NCBI GenBank assembly: GCA_044340025.1
Contig: JBIIUJ010000001.1
Location: forward strand, 6,726-70,725
From: Caulobacterales bacterium
GTDB lineage: Bacteria; Pseudomonadota; Alphaproteobacteria; Caulobacterales; Aquidulcibacteraceae
Reading direction: 5' to 3'
DNA length: 64,000 bases
The stretch's first letter is position 1. Each line of letters opens with the position of its first letter. This document shows, piece after piece, positions 11,364 through 21,090 of this stretch. Position numbers and translations under genes: made by a program. The notes under the pieces are model-generated. The model did no database searches and was not told the origin of the DNA. It worked only from the letters and a program-made list of their open reading frames with translations.

Positions 11364-13286
11364 CTAGACCCCAGGCCGGATCGGCTGGCGCATGAGGCCG
11401 GCCGGCCGCGCCGGCGCGACGGCGGCATCGCCAAGGCCTGGCGCTCCGGAGGGCGGGCGGCGGCCGAGGCCGGTCGCCAGCGGGCCTGCAGCAGGAGGCT
11501 CGGCGGGCACAGGCTGCCGGATCTCGCTGCGCAACGCTTCGCGTCCGCCGCGCAGGTGAAATGCGATCTCTGTTGCATCCACCGGTCCGCGACTGCCGGC
11601 CGGGCCCGTCCGGACGGCGTAGCCGGGCGCTTCGGGGAGCAGGTGCCGGTCCTGGTGGGTGAATTTCAGGCGCATCGTGGTGGCGACGCCTTCGCCGAAG
11701 GCGATCGCCTCGCGATTATCCAGCGCGCTGAGAAAGCTGATTGTTGAACTCGAACTGTCCGAAATCGCTGACCGGATGATCTCCTGGTCGCGATCGTTTG
11801 ACAGGCGCATCGCAAAGACGGTCGAGCATTGCGACAGGATCGTGGGGTCCAGTTCGCCTGGCCGCTGGGTGACGATCGCAACCGAGCAGCCGTATTTCCG
11901 GCCTTCCTTGGCGATCCGGGCGATGGCGCGCCGCGCCGGCAGGAAGCCGAGGCTGGCGTCCTGGGGCACATAGCGGTGGGCTTCCTCGCAGACGAGCAGG
12001 ACGTGGCAACGGCCTTGGCTGGCGAAGGCGACGTCAAAGCTCAACCGCGCGAGCACCGAGACGACCGAACTGACAACCTCGCTCGGCATGCCGGCGAGAT
12101 TGATGATCGAGACCGGCTTGTCGGCGGCCGAAAGGCGAAAGATCCGACCCAGAATGTCGGCCAGATTGTCCTCGATCAGGCCGCCGCCGAAAAGGAAGGC
12201 GTAGCGGGGATCATGGAACAGAGACTCGAGGCGAACCCGCAGCGCTTTGAGCTTTGACCGCTCGAAACGGGGTTCAAGCTGGCCCAAAATGTCTTCAATC
12301 TGTCTGAAAAGGTCCGAGAACCGATAGGGCGTGGGCGTGTCTGCGGTGAAGGCAAAGGCGTCCTGCTGGCGGCGGGAAAGCCCGGGTCCCGAGCGGTCCT
12401 GGGCGAACGCCGCCTTGGCTGCCCCGATTAGCTCGCGCAGGATCTCGGCTTCGGCTTCTTCGGATCTGCCGCGAAACACGATCTCCTCGAACTCTTCAAA
12501 CCGGAACATCCAGAACGGCAGTTCGATCGTGGAAACATCGAACTGAACACTGTCAGTCGGGAAGGCGTGGGCGAATTCATTGTGCGGGTCGAGCATGACA
12601 ACCCGCAAGTCACGGCGCGCCTCTACACAACGGCGAACAAGCAGAGAAACCGCGCAAGACTTGCCAACACCGGTGGTTCCCAAAACGGCGAAGTGCCTAT
12701 TCAGGACATCATCGATGCTGATGCTGGCGGAAATGCCCGCATCCTGCGACAGGCGGCCGATCTCCGCTCCCCCGCGGGCGCCGAGATCATACATGGCCGC
12801 GAGGTCGCTCTCGCGGATGCGGTGGGCGGCTGCGCCGACCTGAGGATAGTTCGAGACGCCACGCTTGAACCGGGGCCGCCCATCCGGCCCTTCGCACACT
12901 TCGCCGACGAGCTCGACGTCGATGCTCACAGCGTTGGTGGCCTGATCGTCCCATGTCGCGCTGTTGGTCCGCACTTCGTAGACGAAGGCGACAACGCGGG
13001 CCGGGCCGACGAGGATGCTGATGATGGCGCCGATGGACCAACCCTGGGCCCCTTCGGGCATGCTGTCGACCGCCGCTGCAGACAGGGTCGCGCGCGAGCC
13101 GTTGCAGAAGATCACCCGGCCGATCAGCCGATCCGGCGACAGGGAAGGGCGGCGGCGCTCGCCCGTGCGGACCGCCGCCAACGGCGCAGAGGCGGGGCTC
13201 GGCGCGCCCTGCGACAGGGCGGCGCGCTGACGGGCAAGGGCGTCTTGCGCCTCCTCCAGTCGCTTCAGCGCCGCGCGTGCGTCCAT
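11364..13286 (-). CDS. HerA-like (DUF87/FtsK-HerA superfamily) P-loop ATPase
   Basis: Start at ATG 13286 (MDARAALKRLEE). N-terminal barrel-like region, Walker A GTTGVGKS, Walker B LLVCEEAH, and HerA-type C-terminal block IVTQRPGELDPTILSQCST. Confidence 0.8.
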   Translation of the reverse strand: MDARAALKRLEEAQDALARQRAALSQGAPSPASAPLAAVRTGERRRPSLSPDRLIGRVIFCNGSRATLSAAAVDSMPEGAQGWSIGAIISILVGPARVVAFVYEVRTNSATWDDQATNAVSIDVELVGEVCEGPDGRPRFKRGVSNYPQVGAAAHRIRESDLAAMYDLGARGGAEIGRLSQDAGISASISIDDVLNRHFAVLGTTGVGKSCAVSLLVRRCVEARRDLRVVMLDPHNEFAHAFPTDSVQFDVSTIELPFWMFRFEEFEEIVFRGRSEEAEAEILRELIGAAKAAFAQDRSGPGLSRRQQDAFAFTADTPTPYRFSDLFRQIEDILGQLEPRFERSKLKALRVRLESLFHDPRYAFLFGGGLIEDNLADILGRIFRLSAADKPVSIINLAGMPSEVVSSVVSVLARLSFDVAFASQGRCHVLLVCEEAHRYVPQDASLGFLPARRAIARIAKEGRKYGCSVAIVTQRPGELDPTILSQCSTVFAMRLSNDRDQEIIRSAISDSSSSTISFLSALDNREAIAFGEGVATTMRLKFTHQDRHLLPEAPGYAVRTGPAGSRGPVDATEIAFHLRGGREALRSEIRQPVPAEPPAAGPLATGLGRRPPSGAPGLGDAAVAPARPAGLMRQPIRPGV

Positions 13287-13436
13287 GCAAGCCCCCGGGG
13301 TATCCTGAGCGCGCCGCCTCGACGGCGCCACGCCTTTTCCCGCTCAGACCTAGCAGGAGCGCGTTAAAAACCTCTGGCCGGCATCCATGCGATTTGCGGG
13401 AGAGACAGCGCGAGGGCGTCCGGCTAGCTTTGAGAC

Positions 13437-16037
13437 ATGCGCACTGAGACCGCCCCCATCATCCGCCTCGCCGACTATCGCCCGCCAGCCTTTATGATCG
13501 AGACGCTTTCGCTCGACATCACGCTGGATCCGCATCGCACGCTTGTGCGGGCGCGACTGGATGTTCGCCGCACGGCTGAGGGTGGCGATCTGATGCTCGA
13601 CGGTGAGGGCCTGGAGCTCCTCGACATCCTTTGCGACGGGGTCCGACTGCCCGCAGACGCCTATGCGGTGAGCGCGACTGGCCTCACGTTGCGCGCCCCG
13701 CCTGCGCGTTTCACTCTGGAAACGCTTGTGGCCATCAATCCCAGCGCCAACAGCGCCCTGTCGGGTCTTTATCTGTCGGGCGGCCGGTTCTGCACGCAGT
13801 GCGAGGCCGAGGGCTTTCGCCATATCACCTTTGCGCTGGACCGGCCGGATGCGCTCTCGCGCTATCGCGTGCGGCTGGCGGCGCCGGCTGGGCGATACAA
13901 GACCCTGTTGTCAAACGGGAACTTGATCGAACGTGGCATAGATGCGGCGGGCCACGACTATGCGGTCTGGGATGATCCCCATCTGAAGCCGGCCTATCTC
14001 TTCGCCCTCGTCGCTGGCGACTTCGATATCCTGACCGACACTTTCATCACGATGAGCGGGCGCGAGGTGGCGCTTGCCATCCACGTCGATCCTGGCGACG
14101 CCCCCCGCGCCGCCTACGCGCTCGATGCGCTGAAGCGCTCCATGGCGTGGGATGAAACGGTGTTTGGCAGGGAATATGATCTCGACGTGTTCAACATCGT
14201 GGCGGTGCGCGACTTCAACTTCGGCGCGATGGAGAACAAGGGGCTGAACATCTTCAATTCGGCGCTCCTGCTCGCCGACCCCGAGACTGCGACCGACGCC
14301 GACTACGAGGCCATCGAAGCGGTGGTGGCGCACGAATACTTTCACAACTGGACCGGCAATCGCATCACGTTGCGCGACTGGTTTCAGCTCTCCCTGAAAG
14401 AGGGCCTGACAGTCTTTCGCGATCAGGAATTCAGCGCCGATCAGCGGTCAAGGGCGGTCCAGCGGATCAAGGCGGTAAAGCTGCTGCGCCAGCGCCAGTT
14501 CCAGGAGGACGCAGGACCGCTCGCTCATCCCGTCCGGCCGGCGAGCTATCAGAAGATCGACAATTTCTACACGCTCACAGTCTACGAGAAGGGCTGCGAG
14601 CTGATCCGGGTGCTCAAGACGCTGATCGGCGATGACGCCTTCGAGGCCGGGATGGCTCTCTATTTCACCCGCTGCGATGGCACGGCCGCGACGGTTGAGG
14701 ACTTTCTGGCCTGCTTCGCCGAAGCATCGCGGCGGCCGCTCGATGATTTCAAGCGCTGGTATGGTCAGGCCGGAACTCCGCATGTCACGATCGACCGGCG
14801 CTACGACCCTGCCGCGAGGCTGCTGACGCTCGTTATCCGGCAGCACACGCCGCCAACCCCCGGCCAGACGGAGAAGGTTCCTGTGCCGATCCCAATTCGG
14901 TTCGGCCTTCTGGACGGGCAAGGCGCAGCGATCCCGCTGAGGTCCGGGCCGAAGGATCCCGGCGCGCTCGAACAGACCCTGATCCTGACTGAAGCGGCGC
15001 AAACCCTTGTTTTCCATGACGTGCCACAAGGCCCGGTTCCGTCCTTCCTGCGTGGTTTTTCCGCTCCGGTGGTGCTGGATGCGGGGCTGAGCGAGGCCGA
15101 GCTTGCCCATCTCGCCGCCCATGACCGCGATCCCTTCGGCCGATGGGAGGCATTGCAGGCGATCGCACGCTCAGCCTGCCTGATGGGAGACACGCACCCT
15201 TCGGCGCTTGTCGCCGCTCTGGGCCGCGCGCTTGAGCAGGCCCACGCGGACGCCGCCTTCACAGCGCTGCTGCTGCGCTTGCCGGACTTACCAGAACTGA
15301 TCCAGCTTCGCCCCGACGCCGACCCGGAAGTGTTGCATCACGCCCGCGCGCAAGTGCGCCACGCGGTGGCCGCAGCGCTCCGCGAACCGCTTGATCGGCT
15401 CATCGCCGGCCGCAAGCAGGAGGCGCTCTTCGATCCGGGCGCGGCGGCGGCTGGCGAGCGCGCGCTTGCCAACGCTGCGCTTGATCTTCTTGCGGCGCTC
15501 GGGCCGGCCGACGGGGGCGCGCGCGCGTTCAAGGCGTTTGAAGCGGCGCGCACCATGACCGATCAGATCGGCGCTCTGGAGGCGCTGGGCGCGTCGGGAT
15601 CGCCCGACTTTGACGCCGCCCTCGACGTCTTTTATCGCCGGTGGCGCGATACTCCGCTGGTTCTGGACAAGTGGTTCTCGGTTCAGGCCGCCGCCAACCG
15701 GGACGATGCGCTGGACCGGGCGCAGGCGCTCATCGGGCATGCAGACTTCAGCCTGGCCAATCCAAATCAGGTTCGCGCAGTCGGCGGCGCTCTGCCGACG
15801 CGGAACCCCCACGCCTTTCATGCCGCCGATGGCCGCGGCTATCGTTTGCTTGGCGATCTCGTCCGGCGCGTGGACGAGCGCAACCCGGCGCTCGCGGCCC
15901 GGTTGGCGACAGGGTTTGAGACGTGGCGGCTTGTGGAGGCGGGGCGGCGCACGCAGGCGCGCGCTGTTCTGGAGGATCTTGCAGGCCAGACGCTCTCGGC
16001 CAACGCCCGTGAGATTGTTGAACGAATTCTGGGCTGA
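13437..16037 (+). CDS. pepN: Aminopeptidase N
   Basis: 866 aa with GAMEN and HEYFHNWTGNR..E zinc motifs. M1-family architecture. Confidence 0.95.
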   Translation: MRTETAPIIRLADYRPPAFMIETLSLDITLDPHRTLVRARLDVRRTAEGGDLMLDGEGLELLDILCDGVRLPADAYAVSATGLTLRAPPARFTLETLVAINPSANSALSGLYLSGGRFCTQCEAEGFRHITFALDRPDALSRYRVRLAAPAGRYKTLLSNGNLIERGIDAAGHDYAVWDDPHLKPAYLFALVAGDFDILTDTFITMSGREVALAIHVDPGDAPRAAYALDALKRSMAWDETVFGREYDLDVFNIVAVRDFNFGAMENKGLNIFNSALLLADPETATDADYEAIEAVVAHEYFHNWTGNRITLRDWFQLSLKEGLTVFRDQEFSADQRSRAVQRIKAVKLLRQRQFQEDAGPLAHPVRPASYQKIDNFYTLTVYEKGCELIRVLKTLIGDDAFEAGMALYFTRCDGTAATVEDFLACFAEASRRPLDDFKRWYGQAGTPHVTIDRRYDPAARLLTLVIRQHTPPTPGQTEKVPVPIPIRFGLLDGQGAAIPLRSGPKDPGALEQTLILTEAAQTLVFHDVPQGPVPSFLRGFSAPVVLDAGLSEAELAHLAAHDRDPFGRWEALQAIARSACLMGDTHPSALVAALGRALEQAHADAAFTALLLRLPDLPELIQLRPDADPEVLHHARAQVRHAVAAALREPLDRLIAGRKQEALFDPGAAAAGERALANAALDLLAALGPADGGARAFKAFEAARTMTDQIGALEALGASGSPDFDAALDVFYRRWRDTPLVLDKWFSVQAAANRDDALDRAQALIGHADFSLANPNQVRAVGGALPTRNPHAFHAADGRGYRLLGDLVRRVDERNPALAARLATGFETWRLVEAGRRTQARAVLEDLAGQTLSANAREIVERILG

Positions 16038-16056
16038 ACAGGCTGGCTGTGGCGGT

Positions 16057-16230
16057 TCAGATCGTCCGCGGATGGCGCGGCGCAGGGGGAAGATCGCGCA
16101 TCGACCAGCTCTCAAGGGAGCCGCGGGGCGCGCTCTCGGGGGCGACAACACCGCCGGAACGGTCCTCCGATCGGGCGGGCGGGCCGCTCCCCGCCGGGGC
16201 AGCGGAATGCTTGTCTGGTGGTCGCATCAT
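16057..16230 (-). CDS. Candidate small ORF (57 aa, Pro/Ala/Ser-rich), unvalidated
   Basis: ATGATG preceded by a strong GAGGGAGA SD (reverse complement of 16231..16245). Third-position GC looks moderately coding-like. No recognisable family. Confidence 0.2.
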   Translation of the reverse strand: MMRPPDKHSAAPAGSGPPARSEDRSGGVVAPESAPRGSLESWSMRDLPPAPRHPRTI

Positions 16231-16314
16231 GTTCTCCCTCGGCGACGGGAGGTTCGCGGCCACGGCTTATGTCAGTTTGACGTCAGTGCAACGTCCGCAA
16301 TCTGTCGCATCCAC

Positions 16315-17070
16315 CTACCGGGCGTCGCGGGTGAAGCTCTGGGTATAGACAAACCTGTCGCCAGGGTGGCGGCTGTCCGAGGCGATCAGGACCTGATCCG
16401 CGCTGTCTAGATAGCGCCGCACCGTGCGCAACGCGGGGGCCCCGGCGCGAAGGCCAAAGGCGCGCGCATCCTCCGGGGACAGAGCGATGGCGGTGATATC
16501 CTGCTCGATCCGCGCGACCCGCACGCTGCGGCGGCTTTCCAGCAGCTCGGAATAAGCCTTGTCCCAGAACATCAGTTCCGGCTCGAGGTCTGCGAAAGCA
16601 GGGTGGATGAACACCCTGGTGAAGGCGATGGGGCCGCCGTCGGCGCTGCGACGAACGCCATCGATTTCCAGCCAACGCTGGCCCGACTGCACCCGCAGCA
16701 CCCGGGCGTCCTCGGGCGCGATCTCGACCCTGCCAATAGCCCGGATTTCGAGGCGCGCATCGCGTGCATATTGAAGAAGCTCGTCCAGGCCGCCGATCGG
16801 CTGGGTGAAGGCCGCCGGCCGGGCGCGCGCCACCACCGTCGTGCCTGCGCCGCGCCGCCGGGCGATCAGCCCTTCGTCGCGCAGCACCCGCAGGGCGTCG
16901 CGCGCGGTGTGGCGCGAAATTTCGAACGCCCGGCAGAGCTCCAGTTCGGTGGGCAGCATGTCGCCTAACGGATAGGCCCCGGCCGCAATCTCTTCGCGCA
17001 GCGTGCGCGCCACCTCGACGTAGCGGGGTGTCTTGATGGCTGTCACATGCTGCTCCGCATTTCGCGCCAC
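16315..17070 (-). CDS. GntR family transcriptional regulator (HutC/UTRA type)
   Basis: 251 aa. N-terminal winged-helix (LPTELELCRAFEISRHTARDALRVLRDEGLI) and a C-terminal UTRA-like domain. Confidence 0.9.
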   Translation of the reverse strand: MARNAEQHVTAIKTPRYVEVARTLREEIAAGAYPLGDMLPTELELCRAFEISRHTARDALRVLRDEGLIARRRGAGTTVVARARPAAFTQPIGGLDELLQYARDARLEIRAIGRVEIAPEDARVLRVQSGQRWLEIDGVRRSADGGPIAFTRVFIHPAFADLEPELMFWDKAYSELLESRRSVRVARIEQDITAIALSPEDARAFGLRAGAPALRTVRRYLDSADQVLIASDSRHPGDRFVYTQSFTRDAR

Positions 17071-18314
17071 GCCGCGCCAAGCCAGTCGCGATGCGCCGGG
17101 GCGGCGAGGCTGATGAGGGCCTGCGCGCGCGCCTCCACGTCAAGCCCGCGCAGGTCTGCCGACCCATGTTCGGTCACCACGACGCCCATGTCGGCGCGGC
17201 TGACGGTTGCAGCCCCATGCGCAAGACGCGGCACAATCCTGCTGATGCTCCCGCCTTTTGCGGTCGAGACGAGCGCGCACACAGGCCGACCGCCAGCGCT
17301 GAGCGCCGCCCCGCGCAGAAAGTCTGTCAGGCCACCGCCGCCGCTCACCTGCGCCTGGCCGAGAAACTCTGCATTGCCCTGCCCGAAAAGATCAATTTCG
17401 ATCAGGGAGTTAACCGCCACCAAGCGCGGGATGTCGGCAAGCCTGGCGATCGCGTGGGTAAAGCCTACCGGCCGGAACCGGACACGGTCATCGCGCGCAA
17501 CCCTGTCATAGAGCGTGGCGGAACCGAGCGCCACGCCGGTGGTGACCGCATCTGTGGTTTCCGCAAGGACGCCTGCGTCGAGCACCTTCAGCAGCGGATC
17601 GGAGACCATGCCCGCATGCAGACGCAGGCTGCGCAGGTCGCCAAGCGCGCCCAGAACCGCCAGTTGCACTTTGCCAAGCCCCAGCTGGAGCGTGTCGCCA
17701 TCGCGCAGCAAAGCCCGGACATGCTCTGCAATCGCTGCGAAAGCCGGATCGAGCGCAGGGGTAGGGACGGTCAGCAGAGGGTGGTCATGCTCTATGGCGA
17801 GATCGAAGTCGGACAGCGCAAGGCGAACGCCGTCCCGCGCCTGGGGCATGGCGGTGTTGATAAGCGCCACACGAAGACCTGCGTTGGTGAGGGCGGCGGG
17901 ACTGAAATCCTGGGCCACGCCGAGGCTGACTGTCCCGTCGGAAGCCGGCGGGCTTGTCATCACGACCGCAATTGCCCGCGGGCTCTCTTCCAGCAGGCGC
18001 CAGGTCTGAGCGTAGGTCAGCGGCAGGAACCCAAACCGGCCGGCGCGAAAGCTCTCCTGCCACTCGGGCGAGAGGAAGATGCCCTCGGCACGCGCGCGAG
18101 GGTGCAGACCCGCCCAGTCATTATGATCGACCCCCGGGATCCAGACGCCTTCAAACGTCAGTCCGTCCGCAAGGTCCGGATTTGCGGCGAAAGCTTCAAA
18201 CAGGCCGAGCGGCGCGCCCGAACAGCCAGCGGCATAGACCCGGCCGTCGCCAGCGCGGGCGACTTCAGAGATCTTGCGGGCGGCCGCCGCGAAGGTCAGG
18301 CGCGTTGGCGCCAT
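17043..18314 (-). CDS. Acetyl-CoA hydrolase/transferase family protein (CoA-transferase)
   Basis: ORF 17043..18398, with the start at ATG 18314 (MAPTRLTFAAAARK). Family-typical C-terminal region ..EIDLFGQGNAEF..GGGLTDF.. It overlaps the GntR start by 28 nt. Confidence 0.8.
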   Translation of the reverse strand: MAPTRLTFAAAARKISEVARAGDGRVYAAGCSGAPLGLFEAFAANPDLADGLTFEGVWIPGVDHNDWAGLHPRARAEGIFLSPEWQESFRAGRFGFLPLTYAQTWRLLEESPRAIAVVMTSPPASDGTVSLGVAQDFSPAALTNAGLRVALINTAMPQARDGVRLALSDFDLAIEHDHPLLTVPTPALDPAFAAIAEHVRALLRDGDTLQLGLGKVQLAVLGALGDLRSLRLHAGMVSDPLLKVLDAGVLAETTDAVTTGVALGSATLYDRVARDDRVRFRPVGFTHAIARLADIPRLVAVNSLIEIDLFGQGNAEFLGQAQVSGGGGLTDFLRGAALSAGGRPVCALVSTAKGGSISRIVPRLAHGAATVSRADMGVVVTEHGSADLRGLDVEARAQALISLAAPAHRDWLGAAWREMRSSM

Positions 18315-18357
18315 GAGGTCTCCTGTATGTGCGCGGCTGGTTGCGCGCCTGAGGGTG

Positions 18358-18368
18358 CTTGTTACAAG
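18358..18368. promoter_or_regulatory. Palindrome CTTGT-T-ACAAG in the 60-bp divergent control region (possible GntR operator)
   Basis: Perfect 5+1+5 palindrome of the generic GntR GT..AC type, 7 nt upstream of the first PrpD-family ATG. Confidence 0.2.
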
Positions 18369-18374
18369 CCCGTT

Positions 18375-19718
18375 ATGTCCGGACAAACCGCCGTGCAAGT
18401 CAGCATCACGCAGCGCCTCGCTGAACGCATCGCAAGTCCGGTGACGTCGGCTGCGAGGGCGCGGGCCGCGCTTGCCACGCTCGACTGGGCGGCCTGTGCG
18501 CTCGCCGGGGCGCCGTCACAGGCTGGCGGCGTGCTGCTGCGGCTGGCGGCCGCAGCGGGCACAGGGAAATGCCAGCTCATTGGGGGGGGGATGGCGTCTG
18601 CGCTTGGCGCCGCGCTGGGCAACGGCGGTCTCGGCAATGTGCTCGAGATGGACGACGTCGACAAGCGCGCCGTGCTCCATCCGGGGCCTGTCGTCGTGCC
18701 GGCCGCCCTCGCCGCCGCTCAGGACAGGGGCGCAAGCGGCGAAGCGTTTCTCGACGCGATTGTTCGCGGGTATGAGGCGGTGATCCGGATCGGGCGCGCC
18801 GTGGGGCCGGGGCATTATCGCTATTGGCACAACACCGGCACCTGCGGACCGTTTGGATCGGCGGCTGCGGCGGCGTCGCTCTACGGCCTTTCTCAGGAAC
18901 AGACCGCCTGGGCGCTGGGCCTTGCGGGCACCCAAGCCTCTGGCTTGTGGCAGACCCGGCATGAAGCCGCCTCCCTCGCCAAGCAGCTCCATACCGCGCG
19001 CGCCGCTCAGGCGGGCGTCCTCTCGGCTCAGCTCGCCCGCGAGGGCTTTCCCGGCCCGCTCTTCATCCTGGAAGGACCGCAGGGCTTCTTCGCCGCCACC
19101 TGCCCGGATGGCGACGCTGAGGCCGTGCTTGATGGCGAAGGCTGGGCGATCCACGACGTCTCAGTGAAGCCTTGGCCCGCCTGCCGCCATGCCCATGCTG
19201 CAATCGATGCTGCGCTCATGTTGCGCAGCAATCGGCCTGTAGGCGCGATCGCTGGAATCGAGGTGACGACCTACCCTGCCGCAGTCGATTTCTGCGACAA
19301 TCCGGACCCGCGCAGCGTGATCGAAGCGAAGTTCAGCCTCCAGCATGCGGTCGCCGTGGCGCTGGCCGACGGCCCGCCGTCGCTATCCGCCTTCGAACCT
19401 GGCGCCATCGCGCGCGCCGATCTGGCGGGTCTGCGCGCGCTGACAAAGGTCAAGGCAGCCGAGCCTTATGCGAGCGCCTATCCTGCGCGTTTCGGGGCGG
19501 AGGTGTGCGTGCGCTTGAGCGATGGGTCAGAGCATATGGCCACCGCGCCCGATGCCTGGGGCGATCCCGAAAATCCGGTCAGCGAAGCCGATGTCATCGC
19601 CAAGGCGCGCGATCTGATTGAATGGGGCGGCCGGTCCGATGCCCACCGGGTGATCGAGGCAGCGCTTGGCCTGGCTCAGGGCGGATCGCTCGCGGCCTTT
19701 GCCGGAGCGCTCGCGTGA
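18375..19718 (+). CDS. MmgE/PrpD family protein (paralog 1)
   Basis: C-terminal 447 aa of ORF 17091..19718, starting at ATG 18375 (MSGQTAVQVSITQRLAERIAS..). PrpD-like N- and C-terminal domains. Confidence 0.85.
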   Translation: MSGQTAVQVSITQRLAERIASPVTSAARARAALATLDWAACALAGAPSQAGGVLLRLAAAAGTGKCQLIGGGMASALGAALGNGGLGNVLEMDDVDKRAVLHPGPVVVPAALAAAQDRGASGEAFLDAIVRGYEAVIRIGRAVGPGHYRYWHNTGTCGPFGSAAAAASLYGLSQEQTAWALGLAGTQASGLWQTRHEAASLAKQLHTARAAQAGVLSAQLAREGFPGPLFILEGPQGFFAATCPDGDAEAVLDGEGWAIHDVSVKPWPACRHAHAAIDAALMLRSNRPVGAIAGIEVTTYPAAVDFCDNPDPRSVIEAKFSLQHAVAVALADGPPSLSAFEPGAIARADLAGLRALTKVKAAEPYASAYPARFGAEVCVRLSDGSEHMATAPDAWGDPENPVSEADVIAKARDLIEWGGRSDAHRVIEAALGLAQGGSLAAFAGALA

Positions 19719-21082
19719 ATCCGGCGGAGGCCTTCGCCCGCCATGCCTTGAGCGTGGATTATACGGCGCTGCCCGCCGAGGCGGTGATGGCGGCCAAGAC
19801 CTTTATCCTCGATACGTTCGGGGTGGGCGTGGCCGGCGCGAAGGCCCGCCATGCCGACGAGGTCTTGCGCGCCGCCCGCGGCTGGGGCGTTCCCGGTGCA
19901 GGCGACGCCGCTCATACTTGGGCCTCTGGCGCGCGCCTGCCTGCGGTGCAGGCCGCGTTCGTGAATGCCTTTCAGATCCACTGTCAGGAATATGACTGCG
20001 TGCATGAGCCCGCGGTCGTGCATCCGCTGGCCACGATCCTTGCCGCGCTTTGCGCTGAAGCCGAACGGCGGGGGCCGGTCCCGGGCACAGATTTCATCGC
20101 GGCGCTCGCTGCCGCCGTGGATGTGGCCGCGGGTCTTGGCGTGGCGGTCAAGACGCCGATCCGCTTCTTCCGTCCCGCGACCGCAGGCATTTTCGGGGCG
20201 ACACTGGGAATAGCGCGGCTGCGCCGAATGCCGCTCGACAAGACGATGGATGCGCTTGGTTATGCGCTAGCGTTCGCCTCCGGCACGATGCAGGCGCATG
20301 TCGAGGGCAAACCCGCCCTGCCGATCCAGATCGCCAATGCCGCGCGCGGCGCGCTGATGGCGGTGGATGTGGCGGCCGCCGGCCTGCCCGGGCCGCATGA
20401 TGTGGTGGAGGGGCCGTTTGGCTATCTGGCGCTGTTCGAGCAGGGCTGGGATCTCGGGCCTGTGCTGGAGAGCCTCGGCACAGCCTGGCGGATCACCGAA
20501 GTGAGCTGGAAGCCGTTTCCCACTGGCCGGGCGGCGCAGGGCGGCATTCCGGCGGTGCAGGAGCTGATGGCTCAGGGCGTGACGGCGCAGACGCTGGAGA
20601 GCCTTACCCTCACCGCGCCGCCGCTGATCAAGCGGCTGGTGGGCCGGCCGATCGTGACGCCGTTGCCGGTGAATTATGCGCGGCTGTGCTTTGCCTATCT
20701 GGGCGCTGTCACTCTGCTGCGCGGCGGTGTTGGGCTTGAGGACTTTACGCCAGAGCGGCTCAGCGACCCTGCCGTCCATGCCCTTGCCGCCCGGATCAGC
20801 GTGATTGACGACGGCTCGACAAATCCCGCCGCGTTCACCCCGCAGGTCGCAGCAGCGAGGATGACGGACGGGCGAGTGCTCGAGGCTCGGGTGGAGAGGC
20901 TGTTCGGTTCGCCTGCGTGGCCGCTCACGCGCGCCCAACACCTTGAGAAGTTCCGCGCCTGCCTCGCCTTCGGCTTTGGCCGGCCGATGGAGGCGCTGGC
21001 CGACGACATGATCGCGCGCGTGGATGCGCTCGAGACAGAACCCGATGTCGGCGCCCTGGCGCGCCGGCTCGCCAGACCTTGA
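19715..21082 (+). CDS. MmgE/PrpD family protein (paralog 2)
   Basis: GTG start at 19715 overlaps the upstream stop (GTGA). N-terminus VNPAEAFARHALSVDYTALPAEAV is typical of the family. Confidence 0.85.
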   Translation: MNPAEAFARHALSVDYTALPAEAVMAAKTFILDTFGVGVAGAKARHADEVLRAARGWGVPGAGDAAHTWASGARLPAVQAAFVNAFQIHCQEYDCVHEPAVVHPLATILAALCAEAERRGPVPGTDFIAALAAAVDVAAGLGVAVKTPIRFFRPATAGIFGATLGIARLRRMPLDKTMDALGYALAFASGTMQAHVEGKPALPIQIANAARGALMAVDVAAAGLPGPHDVVEGPFGYLALFEQGWDLGPVLESLGTAWRITEVSWKPFPTGRAAQGGIPAVQELMAQGVTAQTLESLTLTAPPLIKRLVGRPIVTPLPVNYARLCFAYLGAVTLLRGGVGLEDFTPERLSDPAVHALAARISVIDDGSTNPAAFTPQVAAARMTDGRVLEARVERLFGSPAWPLTRAQHLEKFRACLAFGFGRPMEALADDMIARVDALETEPDVGALARRLARP

Positions 21083-21090
21083 GAGAGAGT

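Noticed and set aside
17091-18374. N-terminal 428 aa of the 875-aa plus-strand ORF 17091..19718. If real, this would give a giant fusion protein ending in a PrpD domain.
   Set aside because: This part is antisense to the CoA-transferase gene and has no domain-like sequence. The PrpD homology begins at ATG 18375.
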